From Mytilus trossulus (taxonomy: Eukaryota): a stretch of 64,000 nucleotides of DNA. Shown here piece by piece: positions 13,486 to 26,179 of this stretch (positions are counted from its first letter, which is position 1; each line of letters opens with the position of its first letter). The DNA lies in assembly GCF_036588685.1 (NCBI RefSeq), contig NC_086379.1:3968001-4032000 (forward strand), given 5' to 3'. Under the pieces are notes generated by a model, which saw only the letters and a list, made by a program, of their open reading frames with translations, ran no database searches and was not told the DNA's origin. Position numbers and translations under genes: made by a program.

Positions 13486-16400
13486 ATTACTACTGGCGAC
13501 TGAGATCGCAATCAAAAACTTGTCATATGCAACTTTTTTTATAAATTAGATTTACCCTTTTAAACCAAATTTATTTGTTACTTGTACTACCAAATATTCT
13601 GTTTTTTCAATTGTTTTTATCATTGTCTACGATTTATTGTATTCTATTCAAGTTTTCATAAATAAAGTATTTCTTACGGTTTGAACTATTCATGTACCAA
13701 TGCTTAACTATTAATTTAGTTTCACCTTTTTATGTATTTTCATAAATATACCTGAGAATAAGATTTGACACGAAATAGACTTATGTTATTTGTAACATTG
13801 TTAGATATATGTTACATAATGATATGAATAGATCGTTTAAAGTATTACGTTTAGGTTTTTACTTAGTTGTTCATTCAGGAAAAGGATTTCTTTACTTTTG
13901 TTAGTAAGCAATGAATAGTATCATATAGTTACTTAGTTTTTTGAAAATATTTTTGTCAATATAATAATAGTTCTCCAAAGCTCTATTGTTAACATCGATT
14001 TATATTCTTAATTTCAAATTATGAAAAAAGTTTTTCCTAAAGTGAACTTATTTGGAAAAGTGCCACGTTATATATCTGTACATGTGTTTTGCATAATTTT
14101 ATAAATAAAAATATATAATTATATTATATGTGCTATTTCGTGGAACTTGGCTTACTTTGTGAATGCAAAAAATAATGATTTTTCGGATAAAGATATTCAG
14201 TTACTATATATTTCGACATTTCTATTTTTACATCAAAGTTAAGGAAGCAGATAAAGAGTAAGTACGTCATTTTATAAATATAAGTTTGGATTTTACATTA
14301 AATGCTTTTAATTCTGCTATGTCTTTTTATATTTTTCTTTTCCTTGTGAATTATCTTCTGTTTTTTTTTTGTTTAAACTTATTTTCTACATTCTCGGCTT
14401 TCAAATAGGATTAAGGCGTTAAAGATAATGGTAAATTCAGAAAGGCGAGTCCGGCCAACACAAAATCATTACATACTTTTTTCGTTTAGTGTTGATAAAG
14501 ATTACATTTAAAAACCTTACTAAAATTGTCAATTGATGATCTTTAAGAATCATCAATCAAAAGAATAGACAAGCCTACCAGAATTGTAATTTAGTTCAAA
14601 GGGTCTAAAATCAACATCGCCGTATAGAATATAATATGATATCCTGCATTTTCAGGGATTGGCATTTCTGGATAATAGGTTATCAATTCGTGAATGAAAT
14701 AGAAACTAGCTGAAAGAAAATAAAACAGTGTGATGAGACCATATATTTTCCTTCTTTATATTATATGCATTCGTTGTTAGTTTACGGGATAGTTAGTGGT
14801 AATTCAAAATCTACATTTATATGCGTACATTAAGGCAATCGCTATAAACGTTAAAATGATTTCAGTGCAATTTTAAACGACCACACATAAGGACTCGCAC
14901 ATATACATTGAATTTTGATCAATTTTTAAATCTACAAGTGAATTGTTTTCCTTTCCTTTTCTTTCGATTTTTCCTTGTTTCCCTTTTCCCTTTGCATACA
15001 TTATATATTTCTCCAACTAATTTGTTAAGCTGTTCACTGAAAACGAAAAGAAGCAAAACATTTCCCAATTAAGGGAGAGACCAGAAGAGAAAACAATTTT
15101 ATGTTTTCCCCGGCAAATCGACGTTTCAAACGGACTGCATTCTCCTTCACTGGATCTACGAGGATTAACTCTCGTAAACGTTTCCAGTGTTCTTAGATCA
15201 CAACCTCATAATCGTTGAATGCTTAACATTGCATAACAATATAAGCATACAAATATTGACAACAAAACAAATAGATATAAAAGGTAAAAATTTCAAAGAT
15301 AGGGGTAACATTAACAGTCAACATTATAAAAACAAACAAATATTTTAACAAAGAACCACAAAAAGGACCAGTATTATAAACATAATTGTAAGTTACGTAA
15401 GCGCGCCATAGTTTTTTTTATATCCTGTGAAGTTTGTCGTTGATATAATATGTTCGTTGTTGTTTACGGTTTGCATGTTGTGTGGAAAATTAAATTATTG
15501 TTTGTGCGTTTCTCTGTGATGAATGTTCTTGCGTGTATTTGCTTTGTTTCTGTCACGTAGTGCTGTCATTTTAGCGCCGTTTTAAACATTGTCATAAAGC
15601 GGGATGTTTGGGGAGCCTAAAAACCAGGTTCAACCCCCTATTTTGTCTTATTTATGCCCTTGCCGTATAAAATGACACCGCAGTAATAAGCAGTTAAATT
15701 CAGGGATAAGTTTGTCCTGTATATGAATAGTATGTATATTACCAGAAAGTTATAACAATTATTAGAAACATAACTAATCTGCTATTGAACTTGATATGAT
15801 GCAAACCGCCTATGCAATACAAAAGTAACTGTGTCAACTCGGCCCGTACAGAATAACTCAACCAATATTGATTTTCTTCATATACTGGCCGAATTCTGGT
15901 CCGATAAATGTTGTTGTTGTTGCTGCTCTGTATATCTGTACATCTTTCCATATATATCTGGAGAACTGTAGTGTTGAGTATACAACACTTCATAATATAT
16001 ATATATATATGCACTGTCCCACTTTTACGACACTTCTAAGGAAAGTTCTATAGTATGTACACGGTAAGAGCGGGGTGGTCCCTTTTATATTTTAATCACT
16101 CAATAATGAAAGTATCATACATGTCAAATGAGATTTATCAAATTATTTAGCAAGTCAATCATAAACAGATATGACAATCTTTAGTGCGGAAGTTATTCAA
16201 TCATTGAACAATTTATTTATGGGTACTTGCTATTTAAATTTTCTCGATGTATATGACGCAATCGCGGTGAACCGTGTGACAGATATCTATTTTACTATCA
16301 GTGATCGTCTAAAAAAAATTCTCTCACAAATTTGTAGTATACAATAATCAAAAATATGTTCGCCTTGCTTATTCAGGTGTTAGATATACAAATATAAGGA

Positions 16401-17197
16401 ATTACGCCCTCTCAAAAATTAATCCATACGCCGCTGACTTTTATCAAGTACACAAAAATTTATAAATAATGTGATGTCAGTCTTGATGACATTAACCTAT
16501 AAATATTATCGATTGTAAAGGAATATGTATACATACGGGTGTACTCTATTTAAAACTGAAATGACGTAAACAAATATTAAAATAGTACAATGGATAGGTA
16601 TGGACAGAGTTTTCAAATTCAAATGTAATAATGATTTCTACGTACTTTTCGGTGATTTGCTGTATCCCTATTTTTGACCTATCGACCTAGTACATCTCTT
16701 TTTGTTCACATGTTTTGTCAATATAATGGAATTGTATGCGAATATCATTCAAGTGAAAGGTTCAGCTAGCTATAAACCAGCTTTAATAGATATAGGAAGA
16801 TGTGGTGTGAGTGCCAATGAGACAACTATCCATCCAAATAACAATTTAAAAATTAAACCATTATAGGTTAAAGTATAGAAAATGTCTGAAACAAGTCAGG
16901 CATTTGACAGTTGTTATCCATTTGATTAGGAACTTTTCGTTTTTGATATTCCTCAGTTTTTTGGTTTTGTAATTTTACTTTTATACAATCCTCAATATTT
17001 AAGCCTCAAAGGAAAACAATATATCGATATCGTATATGTACATTGTGATAATTAATGAATTTTTCGCCATATGGCTGTACTTTTACACATTCAAGAACTA
17101 AGTTTCTTGCTAGTTAAAACATATATATCAGAGAGTAAAATGTAAGTATATAAATATTTTCTAATTATTTTCAGGTTAATTTCACATTGACTATTAA

Positions 17198-20100
17198 ATG
17201 GAGATCGTCGCAAGAATTTTTTTTCTTTTGGTTCTTGGTATATCAAGATTAAATATATTTGGTAAGTTTGTTTTGTGACTTTCGTTTTGTTATCAGATGA
17301 TAGTTCAAATAGTTAATTCAAATACATTATATGTCCACAAAACACACACTTATTCCTACAATATACTTTTCAAAGACTGAAACTTAACAATAATTCTTGC
17401 CTAATAGTGATTATATCGAAAGAAAAACAAACTAAATTTAGTAACACATCCAATATTAAAAACTGCTGAGACACCTTCAGATAAATTGTATATGTATGTT
17501 ATTCTTGGAGTAGATTACACTAGTTTTAACATTATGCAAATTTTATAAACAACAATTTCGAAGTTTTTATGAGTTTGTTTTAGGACTACGTTTTCGCCTA
17601 TTATGCAAGAATAATAGGAAAATTAATTTGACTTCAAGTTTGTATGAATAAGTACCAATAAATATTATTTTTCAGATGTACAGGCATGTGAGAATATATC
17701 TTGTTTCTTGTGGAGAAAAACAGACAAACAACTATCTATGTCATGTTACATTAAAAACGTTTATTCATCTATACTCATACTTGATCCCTTTAACACGACG
17801 CAAGCAAATTGTTCAGCCTTTAACAACACGTTCGTCTGTGATGCACTGCCGGAAATTGGTGCATATTTCAATTCTCTAAAAAACGAAACAGTTGTACAGT
17901 GGGATATATCACATGTTTTAATAACTGGAAAATGGTTGTGCATTCATGGTGATGATATAATCGAACTGTACATAGACCCAACAAAAGGTAAGATTAATGA
18001 ACAAACAAAGTTGTTTTTGGTAAATAATTCTGGAATTACATAAAAAAAAATTATACAAATAACATCCGTACAGTTAAGGAAAAATAAACATGTATTTAAA
18101 CGAGTTTTTCTCCTACATTGAAGCGATAACAAATACCATAAATGTTCTCATTCATTGAAAGCACATTGTGTTGACCCTGCAATTTGATTAAAATCGGGAG
18201 GAATTAACCGAGGACAGCCATGCATACTACATATCAAACTGTAATGTAAACAATAATTTGAAATTTGCTATTCCTCGCAACAGAGGCATGACACCAGAAG
18301 ACTATAACTATACACGTTTATGATTATGAATTTGTGTAAACAATACACTAATTTTGTATATAAGAAAGGTCGTTTAAAGTATGACAGATTTTATTCTTTT
18401 ACCTGTTAATTTTGTAAGCAGTTCACTATAATTTAAATTATTCAGTTTGTATACAAACTCATCATAGATACCTGCATTTTGATGCGATATTCGCGCGTTT
18501 CGTTTATAAAAAAATCATTATTGCGCTTCAATGCCAAATAAAGTATACCGCTGAAGGGCATTGTGAACCAAATATTCAAAATGGTTTCTAAATACTAAAA
18601 AATACTTCTAATGTAATCTATTCTTAGGGTTAAACTCAGATTCAAAGTTTTGTAAACATGTTATTAAGAATGAGGGATATCAACAAGTTTTAAAGTATCC
18701 CAAAAGAAGCCTATTATCTATATTGAATTGACACACATGTCTTTCATCTCCAATCTCGGGTCCTTTCATAGCTGACTATTCGGTATGGATTTTGCTAATT
18801 TTTGAAGACCGTACGGTGACCTATAGGTGTTAATTTCCGTGGTATTTTGGTATCTTGTGGAGGGTTGTTTCATAGGCAATTATACCACATCTTCTTTTTT
18901 TATTGAATCATAATCGGGTACCGTCAAAATTAGATTTAAGGGTGTTGCGCTTCCGATTGATGTTCAAAATCAATGATTTGGTCATTTATCCAGATTCTGT
19001 CCATCTCAAAAAGAAAATAACAAAATTACCCAAAACGGCAAGTTCCTTTTCAGATAGAAAAAATCCAAAGCTCAAACACATCAAACGAATGGGTAGTGTA
19101 AAGTGACATTGCAATGTATTTGTTATCATTGTTGACTGTTTGTTGGCCAACATACTTGCATATAGTCAACAACTCACATTTATCGTTCATTTTTGTGCAA
19201 AAATATTGTGCTCTGTTTAATTTAAACATATGCTATTGAAAAATGCAAATTTTAAACTTTCAGCCTCACACTTATCTATTAAAGTAGAAATGAAGACAGG
19301 AATACAGATTAAAAACAAAAACATATATTTGTTTACTTTCGAATGTACTTCATGTCAAACACCTTATGGCAATTCTGCTGAGTTCATATTAAATAACAAT
19401 ATTCTGGACGTACTTCGAGAAGCCGACAATAAATGTTATCATAATTTAGGGGAATGCAATTACAAAACTTGTGAATGCTGTAATAATTCGAATAGATATG
19501 TTTTGAAATATGAAACGCTTACAAAGACCTCAATAATTTCGTATGGGTGTAGGATGAGATTTAACGATGAACACCAGCAAGGTCTCGTGGTAAAAGAAGT
19601 GATTTCACAATTCAGAGATCTTGGTAAGTGATTTTTTTACATTAAATGTTTCTGCAAAGTGAATTTGCCTNNNNNNNNNNNNNNNNNNNNNNNNNNNNNN
19701 NNNNNNNNNNNNNNNNNNNNNNNNNNNNNNNNNNNNNNNNNNNNNNNNNNNNNNNNNNNNNNNNNNNNNNNNNNNNNNNNNNNNNNNNNNNNNNNNNNNN
19801 NNNNNNNNNNNNNNNNNNNNNNNATGATTATTGAAAATTCGTAGCAAAAATAGTTTTCAACATTTCCTATTCACAAATAAAATTATTTTTCTCCATTGAA
19901 TTTGTTTGAAACGATCTATTTGTTATTGTTTTAGATGACGTTTACCCAATATTTAGTTTAAATAGTATTAATGAAAAATTACACGAATAGAATATTACAA
20001 TACAAGTTCACATCCTTTTTCATACATAACATTATATTTTGATTAGGAAGACACAACTTATCATTGCTTATCTCTCGTGGAAATGGGACTTACGTAGGAT

Positions 20101-23100
20101 TTAAAGAGTCAGATATTTTATCAACAATACAAACATCAACAAAGGAGACGACAACAGAACACATGCACACTACACTTTCAAACGGGAATGTGTCAAGTAT
20201 GTAATAATTTAGTTCACACCAATTGAAATTAGAACTTAAAGATATTCACTTCACTGCTAAAATACACTGTTATAAATTGATTGAATATAAATAAAGAAAC
20301 TGGAAAAGCAGAAGAAAAACAAATAATGGGTCCGTGTGATTGATTTTGAGATACAACTTATGACATTGATAAGTTTGCAGGGAAAAGCAATTTCTAGATT
20401 TAAAAAAAAATTAACATTGTCACCTTTTTTCTTTCGAAAGCCATGACAAATAACAAAGATTTTTAAATATTTTAAAAGATGACATTTTAAACTATATCTA
20501 ATCAAATTAACTTTAAAAGTAGAAGTTCATGGGCAAAATTTTTGACTGGTAGTTCGTGAATGAAACCAGAGGATTCCGAATATCTGACAAAATTTTAAAA
20601 AATATCAGGAGGAACGAGCAGCGTTAAGATAAGCATATGAACATATTTCAACAGACATTATAATGATCACTTATAAGATCAATATTTCAAATCATGTAAA
20701 ATGTTGTCAAATTTTCATAAAAAGGTTGGTGAGATGCCTTTTTATATTTGAATTATTCATTCTGTTGAACTGTACATATTTTTACAATAGGTCGTTATCT
20801 TTTTTGGATAAACACATCGTAGAATGAAACTTGTGTACGCAAGACGCGTGTTTCGTCTTGAGAAGACCTACCAAATACGAATTTATTTGTATATGCGAAT
20901 TTCCCATCAAAATATAGTTAAGTGACTTAGTGAAGCTTGGTCGTTTCAACGAAAATCTCGTTTTCTTCATAATTAGTTTTGCCTTGTCTTCTCGCAGGTT
21001 TGGATGAATTGCAATTGGTTTCAGTATAAATAACGGTGCTTGAAAAAAACGAAATGGTTCTAGCAGGATGGTTGTTTAAAATATTTCATCACGTGTAGAT
21101 AGTATTGAATTATTACATAGGTAAAGGCAATTGAGGTTCTTGTGTATATGATAATTTATTAAAACAATGAAATGTTAATGACGGAATGATTGTTTTCATA
21201 TAACATGATAAGCAAGCAAATCGTATACTCAAGAACATGTTAACACGAACAGAATAATCAACCATTTTGACTTCATCGTTACAGAAATGACTTTGTTCGT
21301 CAGCGAGATGATCTTTGGAAAAAAAACATAACTATTAATCGATTCATTTTACATTGGACCTTTAATACAAACATTTGGTATATCATAGTGAATACTCATT
21401 TACATGTTTTTAACTTTAAACTAACAGATGACGCAATCATTTTTTGCAGTATTTCATAATACATTCACACCAACTTCTGTGTGCGTGATGTATTGTCAAT
21501 TAGTGTCATTCATACGGTTCAACTTGCATTTTCAAATATTGTAGATGTGTACTTTGATTTTGGAAGATCACACTTAGGTCCGAAAGGCAAAAATACATTA
21601 AGCCATACTGGTAAGTAATGAATCATTAGGATGAAGTCTACTGCAAATCATCAATGATTTAAAAAAAAAGAAGGGAAAATTCATGTGTGATATTCTACTT
21701 ACACATAATGGTCATACACCACACCACATCTTCCTATATCTATATACAATATGTATCACACCATACCTGTAATATTCACAGATATAATGAAACCCTTCTG
21801 ATTAAATTGAAGGATATGATGATACAAAAAGTTGGGATTATACATCACCAATTAAAATGAACTGTTTGATTTGAGGGAATTGTAAACGTATATGGTCATG
21901 AAGGTGAATGCGATCATAAATCTTACAAAATTTATTGTGAATTATAAAATTTATTAAGAACTGACAAGCAAAACAATGCCTATACGTGCACAAAGTATTT
22001 CCTAATTTTTCAAGCTTTAATATTAAGTAAAATCACAAAAACTGTTGAACTCCAATTCTAAACGGAAAATTTCAAATCGAATGGCAAAATCAAAAACGCA
22101 AATACATGAAACGAATTGACAACAACTGCCATATACCCGATATATTCGAAAATACAATACAATGACTTGGCTCTTATACAATTTTATTATATTGACATTT
22201 TAGTGCCAAGTCATGGTATTTTGGATATATTTATGATCTATGAGTTTGACTGTCCCTCTGGTATCTTTCGACTATCTTTTCATACAAGTGAGAGGTTAAT
22301 ATAGCTATAAAGCTAGGTTAAATCCACCATATTTTTTAAAAAATAAGTCAGGTATTTGACAAGCAATATCTCATTCTAACTCATTTTGACAGTATTCAAC
22401 GTGATCTCCTTTTCCTAAATAACCATTTCCAGATAGTTCTATGATTAAAGGTTTCATAATGAGTGAGAATGAGATATCACTTGATATCAACATAAGTTAT
22501 TAAATTACAATATATTAATAAACGAGAATTCGGCGAGTTTATCAATTTTATTTTAATTAAGTAACAAGAGTTGACATCAAGCGATATCCAATTATCATAA
22601 GTTGTTAAACCTATTTCTCTAATGGTAAACACTGTCATTGTGTTTTATAAAAAAAAAACACGAGATATTGATCTCGTTTTTTGGGGCAAAAACTATTATG
22701 ACGTCATATTTTCTGTTCCGATGTCAAACTTAACATCAGACATTTTAAAACTTTCCTAAACGCTTCAGAATGTACTAATATTTGACAAAAACGAAGATTT
22801 TCAGTTGAAAAGTGTGAGTGTTTCGTATATTATGAAAAGTTCCCATAGTACGTCCGATCACCGGACAAAATGCACATTGTCTTAACCTTTAAAAGTTGTC
22901 AATGACTTAAATAATACACTATGATAATGTCGTAATATCGTCTCAGGATGCTGAATAATCCAGTCTAATAAACGCATATTTTTACTATTCTTGTATCACA
23001 CTACGTGCAGTGTGAAACGAAAAATTTCTCTTCTTGCAAGAAATGGATAGCAGACCACACTCATAAATATCCTTTCTCTTATGGTAGTGGCCTGTTATCC

Positions 23101-24793
23101 AATATTTGCCAGAAGAGATAAGTTCATGCATGACTATGGTCACATGAAATGAAATTCGTTAGCAAGAATATGTTTGTATTGCAGAAAATGCTCCTAATGT
23201 TATCTAATATAATATAAGGACGTCTCAAAGCGACATCTTTTTCACTTTTACATCCATGCATTTGTTTTCGTATTGGTTATGCACACAACTTAATATAACT
23301 TTTCGAGGGAATTATGCATGTGATGCTTGATAAAAGCATTTCTTCTCCTGCAATATATATTTAAATTGTTTCATTTTTTTTTTAGATTTTAAAGATAATG
23401 TTATCAAACTAGCAGTTGGGTTTGCAATTGTAATATTCTTTGTGGCATTGATATGTTTTTGTGTACCATATAGGAATCCAGGTTCAGTATATTATATCTT
23501 AAAAGTGCCACATCGTTGCATAACTTGGCTTGGTGAAATTTAATGATCTTAACGTCTTGTTAAATAATTTTCTTCCTCACTTAAACTAACAAGGCCTCAT
23601 ATTTTTTTGCAACATTATAGCTCTGCAAATGTGGTATATCTGATAGAATGAAATTCAAAACAGTGTGGCTGTGGCTATTGATTGACAGATTAAATTCATC
23701 CATTGACTGGGACAATTTACGTGCACGTTTGTCTGTAACGACCACTGTTCACGATGTACCTACGATAGACATTTAAACTGTGGGGTCACCAAAGGTTTCT
23801 TAACGCCTTTAATTATAAAATAATTCGAAAAATTAATTAGGAATAATCTTTATGTTTTGATTTTATATAATTGATATAAATCAAAACATCGTTTTATTTT
23901 GATAAATTTTTCGAATTATTTTATTTAGGGGTTGAGAACCTTTGGTGATACCATAGTTTAAGAGTCTTTTAAAAGTGCATAGTGAGCATTTGGCGTTACA
24001 TACAAACGTTCACCTAAATTGTCCTAGTCAATGAATGAATTTAATGAGTCAATCAATGGCCACAGCCACATTGAATTTCATTCTATAATAAACGAAATGT
24101 ATATGTATACCTCACATATTCAAATAATAAAGTCTGTTCTTATGACTTGGCCAGTACGTCATATTAAAACGGTTTACTTAATTATTTAAACATAGCATGT
24201 ATACATATCATGTATTATATCAGGTAAACAAAAATTGCAGAGCCATACATATTTTTTTCATATTTAAGGGATTGAGATACAACACTGACTTATCTAAAAG
24301 AAACAAAACTTTGTTTTACGAAAGTAATTAAAGAGAGAGTATATACGAAGGGGCAATCCCAATTCATATGTCAAATAAAACAGACAATTACAACATAGAA
24401 AAATAGAACTAACGAAAGGATAAAAATTAGGATAAAAATTCTAGAAACATATTTCAATTCTACGCAAGAGGAATAATGATAAAATAAACTAAAAGGAAGT
24501 AAACCGTTTATGGAAAGGAATACTTAAATTGATAATTAATGAAGTTGAAATAAGCTAATTGACAAACCGTTACATTTTTCTTATCATTTTGTCAATAAAT
24601 CATTACTTGACGTGTATAATTCTAAATACAGCAAAGATAATGTGGTAATCGAAGCTTTGAAATACATTATATTCTACATGCCCAATGACAATTTAAATAT
24701 TTTTTTATTTGTCTTGTATATCATGTAAATATTCATTTTTTATACATGTTGTATTTCACATTAAATACATTTATTCTTGTAGAAGACATATAA
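17198..24793 (+). CDS. Gene C: divergent short paralog (signal peptide, D1, D2, S/T-rich stalk, TM, short tail), ~352 aa
   Basis: Exons 17198-17261 (MEIVARIFFLLVLGISRLNIF), 17676-17987, 19264-19623, 20047-20196 (STIQTSTKETTTEH), 21545-21610, 23386-23481 (LAVGFAIVIFFVALICFCV) and a tentative last exon 24783-24793; all phase 1 with canonical sites. Cys spacing of D1 (CxxW...AxC...ETV...WxCxHG) and D2 (CTS...CxC...CxMxF) matches genes A and B. The last exon is uncertain, and an N-gap lies in intron 3. Confidence 0.75.
19671..19823. other. Assembly gap (153 N)
   Basis: Run of N inside intron 3 of gene C. Confidence 1.
23643..24086. mobile_element. Almost fully palindromic MITE (~444 bp)
   Basis: ATAGAATGAAATTCAA...GTGGCTGTGGC is mirrored by GCCACAGCCAC...TTGAATTTCATTCTAT; the arms match imperfectly for ~200 bp. 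Confidence 0.85.
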
Positions 24794-26179
24794 AACTATG
24801 AAGTGATATAAGACGCTGCTCATAAATCTCGAAAAGATATTGAGAAACCACACATCCCCAAGTGAACTTCACATGGAAGACAAAAACAGAACCTAAAAAT
24901 ATACGCCCTTGTAAAAGTAAGATCATAAAAAATACTGAACTCAGAGTAAATGATAGAAATTCAACGAAAGTGCGTTTAAAGTACCAAAACAGGCAAAGAA
25001 ACCTTTGGAAGATTCATCTTTACAAGAAAACATTGTCAACCAACAAAAACTTGCGAGCGATTATTTATTCATTATGCAAATATGATTCCCAAAGCAAAGT
25101 TTTTAGATTTTAACTTGCAAACTGTTTTAAATTAGCCAAAAAATATTGTACAAAAAATGCAATAAGGATGAGTCCACAACTACTTTGCTTCGATAAATTA
25201 AACGCATGTGAATTAATCGCTTTAACAGTGACTACAAACAAAATATAAAATCACCTCGGACCAGGATATGTTGACTTGTAAACACCTATAGGATTAAACT
25301 ATAGTAAAAGAACATTAACTCTGGAAAATTTTGCGATACATAGTCACTAAGTACTTTTGTATTTATTTGAAGAAGTTATGTATATATAATTCAATTAGAT
25401 CATACATCTGTATTCAGAAAATATCGGTATATCAAGAAATTTTAAAATATTAAGTACTGCCACAATAATTTTGCAACGAATAAAGTTATGTATTTATCGA
25501 ATTATCAAAATGATGATCTTATACAGTAAAAGATAGAAGCGTGTATCAATAAACAGGAAAATTATTGTAATTGACTAGCTGAACCTTCATATTTTATTCA
25601 AATGAAATATACAAATCATACCCACAACTTTATTTCTATAAATATGATAAATAAGCTGCACATGAACATCCGGTCCTTTTGTTTCAAATAGATTTATGAT
25701 ATATAATTTAAATGCCAGAAATGTATGTTTTCATTGGGTAAATGTTTAAAATAGAAATTATAAACGGGACTAAAAGTTAAATGCAAGTCAGAAAACTATA
25801 AGGTCTGGTATCAGAAGATATGAGTTGCATTTTTCTTCATCCAAAATTTTACCTCGTAAGATCATCAAATAAAGACACTAACCACAAAAGGATTTTCTGT
25901 TTGAAAGAATATTTTTTTGTATTTTTGAAAATAGGTGATGAAACTAAAAAAAAGCAATAAAATTTGAATAAAGATTTTTCCGAAAACAACATGCCTTAAT
26001 AATATTCATGTCTAAATTATCATAAAAAGGATTAAAAAAATCTCATTTGCGATTGAGACAAAAACAAAATCAAAAGAGAATATGTAATTCTTACATCAAT
26101 ATCAATTTCTTAAGTGACCAAAGTTTAGTTTCTTTTTTCACCAAAATGATATATTATAATACATGTGGGCATACTGAGA

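Noticed and set aside
19935-19990. Alternative gene C exon after the gap ending in TAG (secreted isoform)
   Set aside because: Only a plausible acceptor in AT-rich DNA; the 20047-20196 exon keeps the frame to the TM exon. Cannot be judged without transcripts.
25479-25634. Opposing AATAAA signals suggesting abutting 3' ends of convergent genes B and C
   Set aside because: The hexamer is too frequent at this AT content to be evidence.
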